DNA of 63,040 nucleotides, the filler included, from Lenisia limosa (Eukaryota > Protista > Breviatea), in NCBI GenBank assembly GCA_001655205.1. It is 8 parts of 8 records of this genome, joined end to end, with 100 filler letters (N's around TTAATTAATTAA, not from the genome) between each part and the next. Parts side by side here need not be neighbours in the genome. Positions count along the whole stretch, not along the records: positions 1 to 30,868 come from LPNZ01005009.1; positions 30,969 to 38,066 come from LPNZ01009677.1; positions 38,167 to 51,707 come from LPNZ01008982.1; 5 more parts are not named here. One strand, given 5' to 3'. How positions within the stretch are numbered: position 1 is the stretch's first letter; each line of letters opens with the position of its first letter. This document shows, in pieces, positions 26,900 to 43,099 of this stretch. The notes beneath the pieces are model-generated. The model made no database searches. It was not told where the DNA came from and saw only the letters and a program-made list of their open reading frames with translations. A program made the position numbers and the translations under genes.

Positions 26900-29800
26900 G
26901 AACCCATGCAGTAAAAACGTTCTTAAATTCCAAGTGCTCTACATAGCGTCTAGCAAGGAGAAGGCATTGACCACACATTCGGGTGGAGCACATGACGGGT
27001 CTAGACTCATCAGTCTCAAAGTCGATATCACTGAAGACCAATATTGGATCATTTTGATTATGTAAAAGAATAAGATTTGCCTACTCCACCCACGTTGGCA
27101 TGCATAGCACAAGTCGCAGTTAAAGTAATCAGAGCTATTGCTGCGAATTTCTGCAAGTTGTTAGAGATATGAGAATTAGTTATGAAGAGATCAGCAGCCA
27201 CGAACGTTGTACAGTGGGGCCCGCAGACGACGCCCGACTGCAGAACGGCTCGGCAGGGGTCATGTCACTCTTGGACTTCGGGCTATAGCGTGACGCATGA
27301 TACAAAATGCCCTCTTTACAAGATTAACCCAGGGTAGTGCAGCTTTTTGTTCCAGTATTTGACAGTAAACACGCTTAGGTGGCTAATTACCATGACTGAA
27401 TGACCCCCCCCCCCAACCTCCAGCAANNNNNNNNNNNNNNNNNNNNNNNNNNNNNNNNNNNNNNNNNNNNNNGCAGTACTGTGTTCTGTCTAACTGGGGG
27501 AGCAACTCCGCTGTTTTTGACGACGGTGTGAACTCGATACTCGGGTCTAAAACAGGATAAACAACAGTACATCAGATGATAGCTTTGGAATGAGAAGGCG
27601 AGCAAGACGGGAGCTTGCTTGCATGTCAACCCTAAGTTCAAGGCTTACCAGAGACATGATAATGCAGAAAGAACCAAACCTACCAAGGTAGTTTATTTTC
27701 TCCGCGCATTTGAGGATTGTTGAAAGTAATGTGGGAGTGCTGTCTGCTGCCTACACCCAGTGACAATTGTTGACTTTACTCAGTAGAAAGAAAGATAGCA
27801 TAGCAGTATTGTTTTTCTAAAATATTATACCATATCATATGATATCTTTCTTAATAGATTAACCCTGTTAAAATATCACAATTGTACTCTGACTGAAAGC
27901 AATCATCCTCTTACCTCTTCCAGGAACTGTGAAACTTCCTTGTTCAAAGGATTCTGCAAAGAATGAGAGAATGGATCCGACAATACCCAATGGAGGGGCA
28001 AATGATACCATAGCTCATAGCAATGACTGTAACCATGCGCTCAGCTCACCCGCAAGTTTTTAACCTTAGGAAGAGGCCCAAGTCCTTCCAACTCGTTATA
28101 TTTCATGATCTAAACAGATCAGCAATCAAGTCAAGACCGCACGGTCATTTAAAATGATATCAAAACACGAGATGCTATCTATTCAGCTCATTTCTGGATG
28201 TTGTATTTTGCATTCAACTGCACCCGCTACTCACCTCGTTTCTCCCAATATCCCTCAAGGATGAGACAGACACATAGCCTGAATAATAAACAAAAAAGCT
28301 GGAGTTTTATCAGAGTAACAGTTCCCTTGTGACGAAAAATGAGGATCTTAAAAATGAATTTTGCCTTTCACAGTACCAAGTTGTCCAAATCACAAATCTT
28401 GACCATAATACTCAGCATCCTTATTCCCTACGCTCATACCTGGAAACTCTCGGGCGCCACACTCGGCATGTTGGCGGACGTTGTGACCAGACCCCTAAAT
28501 GAGACAATTAAAAATGGGCAGCTGATTTCTCTCACCCTCCCAAAAATATCCCAGCTAGAGTACAAACCTGGGTGAATTCGCAGACGGCGTTGGTTGCCCA
28601 GTCCTCACGGCACCCGGATAAAAGAACCACTACGCCACCGTTAAACGCCGCCTCCGGACCAAAATGGGCCGGGCATGACTCAAGAGCGTTCCGGGGTACT
28701 TCGGGGTGCCATTTCGCCCATGTGAACTGAACGGCTGGAGAATCAAGATACTCTTTGAAATGCAACAAATGACAGGAATGCTCACAGAACACTACAAGAA
28801 CCAGGTGTTATGGATAACATGTTCCGGCCAAAACCGAAAATGCACATGGCAAGAAGATATGCAGTGTGATGGCCGTAGTATTTGTCATCAGCGGCCTAAC
28901 CCTAACAGAAGCCTGGACAAAATATTCCCTAACCACACCTCGTGCCACAGCCCGTCTTTCCATAACTTCATAGCACAGTGCCAAGGGCTGTGTGAAACGC
29001 TTCAATACTGCAGAGGAAAAATCGACCATGATGGGATAACCCGCGTCCGATTCCAGGAAGGGAGGGAAGACAGGGCACTCAGGCGTGAAATCGAGGTGTC
29101 TCAAGCCTGACCCTATCGGAACTGTGAAGAATGGGATGCCCAAGTCCTCGCAAGCCTTGGTAAAGAAGGGCCCCAATTGTCCCTTTAAGGTCAGTGGTTC
29201 ATATCATGTCTAAAACAATACCGGTACAATCAATTAGGTAGGTAAACTAGAAAGGACATATGGCTACCATTATAAAGCATTCGAACCCCTTTTTGCCCCA
29301 ACTCTTTGGTCCAGAGGCCGACAACAATCATCATCCACCCAGAAGGCCACGGTCTTGACTATGGGGTGCGGCTTCCTTCGGGTGTTCAAGAGGCATCTGG
29401 AGGGTTATATTCGAGACTTTGGAAGACAAAGCTTCTCGTTAGTTTGTATAAGATAGTGAACAGCGAATTCATGCTCAAATTCCTTCCGCAAAATATCCTC
29501 TGAGCCCCCCCCCCCCCACAAAGACTCCGCTGTTGGCTCCAGCTTGACTAGGCTGACAGAGCCCGGCAGAAGACACTTGCATCTATTCAGGACCTGCAGA
29601 CGTCATTTTATCCGGACTTTGGGGATATTATATCATATATTTACATGCTACACATTCATCACGTACATACCGGAATAATACTTCAGGTATAACTTTGAAA
29701 CATTAATGAGAGTGTTTAAATAAAATTGCCTCTCAGACTGCAGAACTCATAAAGAGGACATTTACCCCTCAGGAATGCTGTTGAAGAGAGAAGGAGAATT

Positions 29801-31200
29801 ACATTATGATTCTCATCTGTTGACTGATAACCCCGACCGCATCACTATCACCACCGTAATTACTGCCAATAGCCCTTGGCCCACTTTTCTTCCCTTTGAC
29901 TCAACTGAAGCGATAAGGCAGTCTCTGGAGAAAGTAAAATGGAGCAAATCGCAACAGGAAGCAATATTTCTCCCTTCACTCTATTTTTTTTTTGAAATAT
30001 AATTGTTTGTTCAGAAATGGTGACAATTTACAGTAATTCTTTCCTTCATCTTTGCTCACTAAATATCAACAGAAAGCTATGGAGAGAACCAAAAAATGTC
30101 AAAAACAAGTAAACAATACAGATCTGTATTTATCACCACACTAAGAAAGACTGATAAGCGTGGAGGAATCATCCGGGCCACTCACCTGCAGTACCACGCG
30201 TCAGCATAGAAGTGCACTGCCTCTCTGTCACATTTCTTACTGATACACGAGCGCATTGAGCCCACTGCCAAAGTCAAATGCTGCATTCAAAATGTTCTTT
30301 GCTAATATATGCTCTTTTGGTGTGATTAAAAAGGACAAACTTGGGTTCATGAGAATGAGCGGATAGAAGTGGCAGAGTGTGAGATTTGNNNNNNNNNNNN
30401 NNNNNNNNNNNNNNNNNNNNNNNNNNNNNNNNNNNNNNNNNNNNNNNNNNNNNNNNNNNNNNNNNNNNNNNNNNNNNNNNNNNNNNNNNNNNNNNNNNNN
30501 NNNNNNNNNNNNNNNNNNNNNNNNNCATTTAGATAACAAGCAGAAACCCACTACACGGGGAAATGTGAAAAACCAAAGACTACTAAAGCCTTCCTTCACC
30601 TCCTTCCGCTAGTTAAAAATACAATTATCTATAAACGCCATTCTGGATGACAAAGACATGGAATTGCGACTACCTCGACCAACCTTCCAATACTGACGAC
30701 AACTTTCTTACACTCACACACAAGCAGGCTTTCTCTTGGCTTTCTGATTTTTCTAATAATAAACTGTTGAACTCTTTTTCGCTATCTCAGGTCAATCGTC
30801 AATCTCAGGGTTTTGTCTCTGGAATATTTCAGGATAATTTTCGCAATATTTTCTCGATTTTTTAAGAANNNNNNNNNNNNNNNNNNNNNNNNNNNNNNNN
30901 NNNNNNNNNNNNTTAATTAATTAANNNNNNNNNNNNNNNNNNNNNNNNNNNNNNNNNNNNNNNNNNNNCTTCACCACTTCTGACGGAAACAGCATTCGAT
31001 GGCTCTTCGGCTGGGAATCCAATATCTTCACACCTTTGTAGGGAAACTGATCATCGAAGCCGTTGACAAATGACCATTCTTTAGGCGGTCCTGGGGGGGA
31101 TGAAAAACTCCATGTTAATAGACACATAGAATATACGATTTTCATCCATATTGATTCGGCCATCAACACACCTGTCATTTCGACAACTTCAGTATGAACT
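26900..31200 (-). CDS. Multi-exon gene of unknown function (boundaries approximate; may be more than one gene)
   Basis: Open minus-strand exons with GT-AG ends, e.g. GPPKEWSFVNGFDDQFPYKGVKILD (~31090-31020), NAAFDFGSGLNALVY, EAVHFYADAWYCR, GPFFTKACEDLGIPFFTVP...VFPPFLESD (29176-29030), EIRSNSSDYFNCDLCYACQ (~27155-27097). Confidence 0.45.
30913..30924. other. Artificial six-frame stop linker TTAATTAATTAA (also 38111, 51752, 54214, 56301, 57819, 61562)
   Basis: An identical 12-mer centred in ~100-nt N blocks. This is an assembly gap marker, not biology. Confidence 0.95.
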
Positions 31201-31948
31201 TTATCACCACGTCGTTGTTATACTAAGATGTCAGGGAATCTGTGTTTACAAAGTACCGAACAACAAGTGAGGCACAATACAAAACAATTCAATTTATACA
31301 ACGTTTAACCCACCTAGGGTATTAAATATAAACAAGTTTAATTGTAAACCCCACCGAGAAAGTGCCAAAAACTAAAATAAGATTACAATGAACCTGACAG
31401 CTGCCAAATGAATCCTGTGTTTTCCTCCAGTGATGCCAATTATTCAGCAATTCAGTCGTGTGTTGTGACGACCCGCCTACTACCCCTGCGCTACGTGGAT
31501 ATTATGTGTATATTATTAGAGACAACAACAATATTGAAAATGCTGTGTGGTTTTGTGGCTGATGTGCAACGAGGAGATCGTTATATACATCGGAAGCGAC
31601 GGAAGGTTCAGTTCAGTTGTTAAGGAAAGAAAATAGTTGACAGTTGGTTTCATTGTATTTGTATTGAAGAGCTCTCTCATAGATTAATTATATTTTTTAG
31701 ATTGTGTGCCAATTGTGCAGAGAATCACTACCCCCCGCCCACCCCGAATTAGCACACTAAACGGAAGAAACGGAACAACAAAAACCCCTTCATTGGAGAA
31801 TTGAGGAACTGGGTATTATTTTCACTTTGTAAACCACTCCAATTTACATTGTGGTAAAAGCAAACTGAACAAAGTAATTATCTTTGGTTGGATACCTTTT
31901 TTCCCTTACCCCCTAGTCTTTACGCCATCCTCCTGCTGCCCATCAGCC

Positions 31949-34900
31949 ATGCCTCCCAAAAAAGCAAAACGTTTGTTGGACCTTTATCTTTTGTTGGCTA
32001 TTGGATGGACCGTATGGGTTTGATTTGTGCTGGATTTTTTGACAGTTATCATCAATATATCTTTTAAATCTGATGTTGGTCAGACGAAAAATACACTATG
32101 TATATTTGACTGCCACCTTTAGCTCCTGTGACACCAAAAGCAGCGCCTAAAACAACACCAAAGGCCAAAACGCCCATCCAATATGATGAGGATGGGAACA
32201 GAATTGCCAGGAGCACTGGTAAAATTGATCGAAGGTAATCGACTTTATCATTTATCAATGCTCTCTTTTGGTAGAATGCTGGCATTTATTCAACATTTAT
32301 GTAGAAATTAGAACAAATAATTGAGTAGAAATGACGTCACACATATCATCATATTATATTACTCTTAAGGCTGGTTTCATAAATTTGTATCTTCTAACTT
32401 TACAGAACAGTTGCAGGCAGAGCAGAGAAAGAAGCTGAACGCAGTATGTGTGTTTATTCAAAATCAACAGGCACACATATCCTCAGCATTCAAACAAATA
32501 CAATAGCAACCATCACATTGAATCTTGAAGTTGTGGTATGTCCCCAATAATGCGGAGTTTGTTTCAATTCATATCCTGAAGGCAGGTTAGATCTTTTGAA
32601 ATTCAAGAAAATCCAATTTGGCTTATTTAATCTAACACTATTATAGGAGCAGCCTCCCAGCCTGTAACACCCATGAGACAATCAGTGCCATCTTATCATA
32701 GTCCTCCGCCACCTTCGTCGCCGCCAACATACGCAAGCCCAGTGGGGGGGGGGNNNNNNNNNNNNNNNNNNNNNNNNNNNNNNNNNNNNNNNNNNNNNNN
32801 NNNNNNNNNNNNNNNNNNNNNNNNNNNNNNNNNNNNNNGCATAAACTACAGGTAGTATTTACAATTATATGCATAAAATATGAAGTGCCACTCGAAACGT
32901 TGTGGCAGTAAAATTATTATGATATTCGGTACTATCATCATTTGCATTTGAACATAACTGTCCACAATGTTTCAACCACCACATCATTTTGCCATACACC
33001 AATTTAGCCTTTTCTTTTACCTTCTAATCCCATATAGCCCTCGCCACCTCCCACAGTCACCCAGTCCAAAATGCTTCCAAGATATGAAACTCCCTCAAGG
33101 TGGTGGGTTATTGTACAGTGGCTGGGCTAAGTCTTGCCCTTTTCCTTGGGAAATCATATGGCAAATCGGTCAAGACTTATCCCGGTCACCTGTATATGTT
33201 GCCATAAGTGGTTTCCGGTCTTTAACATGAAAACAAAAAAATACTGATGCTTATCCGTTTCAACTTGAAGAAGCCTTGGAGTTAGGGCTTCACTTCGGGT
33301 CGAAAAAAGTCAGAATTTCTCGATAAATCCTCGAAAACTATCTATACTTTACCGGTCTTTCTAACCGAAAGTGAAGCCCTACTTGTCATCCTTACTTTAC
33401 GCCTTGTAGTTCACATGTACCGTCATACTCAGTGCCTTCTGGAGGACAGGCAAGCGGAAGAGGTAAGGGAGCAATAATCCCGGATTATCGAACATTACTA
33501 TCTTTATAGTACAGTCCCTCAATCTGCTATTCTTAACAGTTGCAGCTGGGGGCTCCAATGCCCGTGAAGAAAGACTTCGAGTAGAGGAGGAAAAAATGCG
33601 CGCTTTGAGCCTCAAAGAAAGTAGGTTATTCTGGCGGTTTAAAATATAAATAATGACCCTTTTCATTGAACTATTTTTCTTTTGGTTTATATTGTTCAGA
33701 AAAGGAAAGAGAAGAAAAGGAAGCGAAGAAAGAGAAAGCAGTGCAGTTGGTGAAGGAGAGAAGGATAAAGGCTAAAGAGGCTGTCACTAACCGAATGCTC
33801 GCACTCGAGGAGCAAGGTGGGTCATATTTGTGATTTATCATTTCATATTATATTTTGTGGAGATTGGGGAATATTAATATTCAGATATTGTGAGAGGGAG
33901 AACTAATTTGGATTTCCAACGATTATTCTCTTAACATTGGAATGTAGTCACATAACAAATAACTGTAGTTGGTTCTTTTCACCATATAATAGCGAAAAGC
34001 AAAAGTCCCAGCCCTGGCCCCAAGTTGAAAGACGGCGGGAGGAAGCGAGACGGCACTCCTGATGAGCGGAAGGTTTGAATGATACACGTGTTTTCGGAAA
34101 ACAATTATTTTATATTTTTTCGACTTGATGATTTTTACCATTTCAGACATTGCAAAAAGAAGACACATGGAAGTTGGAGTGGTGAATGTTAAACAAATCT
34201 AATTCTTTAGCACAATTATTATTCAAACCATTCAATATTAAAAACGCAACACTTTTGCTGCGTTATTTTTTAATGATGGGTGTCTCAACCTCAACTGGTG
34301 TTTGTTGGAAACTTTTTTTGTTTGGAGCCAGAAAACATAGAAATTTATATGACTTCTCTAACAACTAGGGTTCATGAAGAACGATGTGAATGGATCACAC
34401 ACGAGGTAGTGGAAGACTTGAAGAAAGAGGTAGGTAATGCTAAATGTCAACAAACTCCACATAGGCAGTGTTTAATAAAAGATGATTTCCAATTCAATTT
34501 TGTGATGAGTAACGATGATAACACCATCTTGTATACATAATAAAGAAACCAATAGCTGAGTGTTAAGCTTTTTTTTTTTAATATACTAATGTGAATCCTA
34601 TCATTTGAAATACCAGTATCATGTTGGATGCACGTCATACATTTCATACCCCCAGGGCTATAAGCTGCGTTTTGAAAGGCAAAAGGAAGTTACGTACAAT
34701 AACAATGGCAAACGACTTGATATCAAAATCATTGAAGAGAGAAAAGGGGGAAAGTTGGAGGGATCTTCTTGTGTGTTTCTACTTCCAGAGCTAACTAGTA
34801 AAATTTTTTTTGATTTGTTATCGTAATGCGTTTAGAGGTATTGTAGTAGATGCCAAGCACTACCGTTCAAACCCAATGGATAGGCAACAGGTCGATTCAA

Positions 34901-36824
34901 CCCTGGAATATAAAGTGGGTGTGAAGTTTATTTTTATAAGTGTATTATCTTTTTATAACTTTAATGCGTAGGTGAAAGGCAAATGCAGCTCGGCCATCAT
35001 TGTCAGGTCTTCAACAACAAATGTTTGTTATAGCTGTTATTTTATTTTATTGTGTACTGTTTTTTTTCAAAAAAAAAATATTTCAAACATAATATATCAT
35101 ATAATCATCTGAGTGTTGTGACCTGATTATATTCAATATTTAGGATATGCTTTCACGGGGCGGATTATCACGCTGTGTTTCTGACCGTTCAGACTCGGGA
35201 TTCAGTTGAGAAATACGCGCTAAACAAGGGGGTCGTACTTTGCTTCACAAAGGTGGATAAGCCGCAATTATACTGATTATTGTTTTCAAATAAATACAGT
35301 AACATATTAGAACTATGGTTCCGTTTTGAAGGACGAAATTCGCAAACTATTCAGGAAAGAAGAAAATGAGGTTGGTGGATTCCGGCTTGTTCATTGTATG
35401 AGATATGATCATTTTGAAATTTTTAATTTGACATATTTTTTTAATAAACGTATTCGACCACAATCCTCATAAAAGTGATTTTCTTCAAGGAAAATTGGGA
35501 TTATATTTGCTAGCAGAAGAAACAATATGTTCTTTCATACTCATACACCAGAACATTTCAATATTGAGTGTGTAATTTGTTTCCTAATTCACACGGCTTA
35601 ATTTCAGCAGCCATTCTGGGGTGACGCAAGTGTTCGAGAGGATTCACAGACCAAATCCCTGGGTAACACAGAATACACAAAAGACGAAATGCGATTCATT
35701 TTCGGACAGTCACCGAGTCTGCCATCGTCATCTCTCCGATCGCAGTCCCCTCCAGCACCTTCAAGAATATCACCACCAACCTATCAGGAAGTTAGTGAGG
35801 CGCGTCATCACATAATATTGGAGCTGTCTATCCATTCCAAAACCACCTAATTTTATGATATGCATATACTATTTTAACAAATAAAACTCTAGAGCACTCC
35901 TTCTCAAAGAAGTAATGAACAAATTGAAGAGCAGGTAGGCGTTTAAGAGACATACTATACATGTACCTGGTCAAGCAAATATTAAAGGTTTACTTGCCTA
36001 ATGTTGTCATGATTTTATTTGGGTGAATTCTAAACTATGGCACACACCTCTTATTTGGGCGATTAAATTATCAAATATTAGTAAAAAAACAGTATTGAAA
36101 AAAACAAATATTTAAAAGTAATTATCCCCCTTTTTTTTGAATATTCGGAGTCTAAATATAATATTTGGGAAAGAATTAAATATTTTATTTGATAATTTTA
36201 TCGCCTTCTTGTTATTTTTGTTACAAGGTATCATCATTCACAATGACAGGTACAACAAATCATTGCTCAGATTTACTCCCATTATGATGACGTGAGTGGT
36301 GATGCTGTCCTATTTATTGGAGTTTTTGATAATGCTGTTATGTTTTCGTTTTAAATCCACTAATCCATTCAGATGGACAAACCACATGTAAGCGAGGCAG
36401 TCGCCAAAGGAGAGGTTATCTTTCTGATCTCATTGGGGAAAGACGTTAATCCCAATTCAGGTGTTAATCTGAAATTCATTTTTTAGCTTGCTGAAGAGGC
36501 GCGCTTCCTCATAGGGGAGTCCCTTAACCTTCTTGATTACCTTGCGGTAGGGCAATCCCATTATGAGAGCAAAATAATGTAATGGTTTCTGTTCGTTCTG
36601 TTTGATNNNNNNNNNNNNNNNNNNNNNNNNNNNNNNNNNNNNNNNNNNNNNNNNNNNNNNNNNNNNNNNNNNNNNNNNNNNNNNNNNNNNNNNNNNNNNN
36701 NNNNNNNNNNNNNNNNNNNNNNNNNNNNNNNNNNNNNNNNNNNNNNNNNNNTTTGTAGATGCTCACGAACGATCAGGCATTTTTCTGTTTTGAGAGAGTT
36801 TCTTTTCCATTTCATTTAGCTTGA
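31949..36824 (+). CDS. Spliced protein with Pro-rich/coiled-coil N-terminus and an Mrr-type PD-(D/E)xK nuclease-like domain
   Basis: Starts MPPKKAK. Phase-consistent exons give VHEERCEWITHEVVEDLKKE|GYKLRFERQKEVTYNNNGKRLDIKIIEERKGG(K)|GIVVDAKHYRSNPMDRQQVDSTLEYK|VKGKCSSAIIVRSSTTN|TRDSVEKYALNKGVVLCFTK|NYGSVLKDEIRKLF (34366-35360). The 3' end is uncertain. Confidence 0.7.
33285..33379. mobile_element. MITE family A, TIR type 1, full length
   Basis: TA|GGGCTTCACTTCGGGTCGAAAAAA...TCGATAAATCCTCGAAAACTA...AACCGAAAGTGAAGCCC|TA. Terminal inverted repeats with TA on both sides; intronic. Confidence 0.85.
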
Positions 36825-36952
36825 AGAAAAAGTGGAGAAACGTTTTTTTAAAGGGGAGAGGATAAATGGGTGAAGGAATATCCAGATGCGACAGATTCAA
36901 CCCCTTAGAACTCAATAATAAATGAAAACCATGAATCACAACACCCTTGCCC

Positions 36953-37624
36953 TTAGAAGTCTTTAGTCATAGGGGGGGTGTCGTCACTGGGGAGGAAGTC
37001 CAGGCTGAAAGTGGCTACGGGTGAGGAGGTAGCGGGGTTTGAGGCGAAGATCTTCGCAATGCCTAATGTGATAAGATAAAGTCATCACACAACATCCGTC
37101 TAGTCCCATCACCAAATCAGCATTGATAAATGTTCAATGAAAAGAATTGGAATTATAAAAATAATCATTTAAGTCAGTAAACTATCGTTCAAAGTAGAAC
37201 CTCAGGTACCTAAAAAAAACCCCCAAGTAGCCCTCCTACCAGCCTTGAGGTCGGTGACGATGGTGGTGAAGGTCTCGAGATAATCGGGGAATTTTCCGTT
37301 GCGGTAAACGGGGAACGTGGGGTTCTGTGTGTGTTAAGCGAATGTTGGGTTTTAAAGGGAAATTGTGTTGCAAAATCAAAAAACGTTCTTCATCTGCATT
37401 TCTTTCGTTTTACNNNNNNNNNNNNNNNNNNNNNNNNNNNNNNNNNNNNNNNNNNNNNNNNNNNNNNNNNNNNNNNNNNNNNNNNNNNNNNNNNNNNNNN
37501 NNNNNNNNNNNNNNNNNNNNNNNNNNNNNNNNNNNNNNNNNNNNNNNNNNNNNNNNNNNNNNNNNNNNNNNNNNCGGATTTCAGCCTCATCCTTGGGCTC
37601 GTGAGGGAGTTCTTCAAAGCGACG
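36953..37624 (-). CDS. C-terminal exons of a peptidase C45 / AAT (tan-like) Ntn-hydrolase family protein (5' part lost in gaps)
   Basis: RRFEELPHEPKDEAEI..|NPTFPVYRNGKFPDYLETFTTIVTDLKA|GIAKIFASNPATSSPVATFSLDFLPSDDTPPMTKDF*. Resembles the C45 C-terminal YP(I/V)YR...T..T...DL.......NP pattern. Confidence 0.6.
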
Positions 37625-37719
37625 CTGCGCAGTTAATAAGATTAAATCTGGCCCAAAAACTGAAAGAAGCAAGTTTTTAGTTTTTTTAACCCTTTCTCGA
37701 ACAATGAAAAATAACACTC

Positions 37720-37795
37720 TTTGTGATTAGAAGATGATTCTTGGAGTTGGAGGTGATTTGTGATTAGAAGATGATTCTTGGAGTTGGAGGTGATT
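37720..37795. repeat. 37-bp tandem duplication
   Basis: TTTGTGATTAGAAGATGATTCTTGGAGTTGGAGGTGA, 2 copies. Confidence 0.9.
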
Positions 37796-38253
37796 AAGCA
37801 GCTTGTGCTTCTTCTTTTAAACAGAATTATCCAATACCCCCCCCCCCNNNNNNNNNNNNNNNNNNNNNNNNNNNNNNNNNNNNNNNNNNNNNNNNNNNNN
37901 NNNNNNNNNNNNNNNNNNNNNTTGAGGCGGCGGTACTGAAAAGTTACATCTCAAATGATAATAGCAATTTCAAACAACAAAAAAGGGATGTAAAACATAT
38001 TCGTTTGTTTTCAAAAAACTGAAAACAAAATACTTCATAATACAACAGAACCTATTCAAAACAAATNNNNNNNNNNNNNNNNNNNNNNNNNNNNNNNNNN
38101 NNNNNNNNNNTTAATTAATTAANNNNNNNNNNNNNNNNNNNNNNNNNNNNNNNNNNNNNNNNNNNNTTTATATTGTAAAAACTGTGTTAAATGGAGATCG
38201 GCCACACACTCGCAAAGAAGAGGAATCCATTACACCATAGCAAGTAGCCCAGT

Positions 38254-42401
<4,148 letters not shown>

Positions 42402-43099
42402 CTTAGAGTATTAACTAAAACACAAAAGACAACAAATGCGGAAAGGAGACCTGTGTCTATAAACTCCTTATATGTCCTTATGCAAGAATATGCCAGCTAA
42501 GACACAGTAAAAAGGCCTATTTAATTAATTAGAAAAAACTTAAATATATTGGCGTTGAACGATCACGCGCAATTAATTGCCTCCCGAATAGAATTCAGTG
42601 AATTGCCGAATGTTCTAGAATTTAGTATAAAAGCATTTTTCTTTTTGAATAAATCCTTTTTTCAAGCTCTCTTTTGGAGAATGTATTACTAGTTCTCGAC
42701 TTGTTTTCCCTGATTGGTGTTACTAAGTGAGAATGGAATCTATTTTTCGTTGTTGTTTCTCAGCAGCTGTACTGAGGATGAAGTTATCTTACATGTCATA
42801 AAACAATTTACCTTCGTTTTGAATGGACCTTGTTCTTATTGATGACTTTACTTGTCATAGTTATTCTGACTCGCTTGATTTTCCTGTCTTGTTCCTTGTT
42901 CTTGCCTATTTCACTGTTTCTAGGTTGCTGGTGGCAGGAGAAATGAAGTGCATTCAAATGTAGATTTTCACGTGTTTGTGGGTCTTTTTGTGAGTTTATT
43001 CTATTTGGGTGCACCGATGACGACAACTTGGCTAACTGAATCGCTACGAGCGTGAATTCCCCCCTTTTTTCCCCTCTCATTCTAATTGTTGCTCCTTGC

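Noticed and set aside
28808-29176. CEDLGIPFFTVP as a DDE (pogo or integrase) transposase core
   Set aside because: No flanking catalytic D/E motifs (no QPLD or SPDLNP), and no TIRs or LTRs around the locus.
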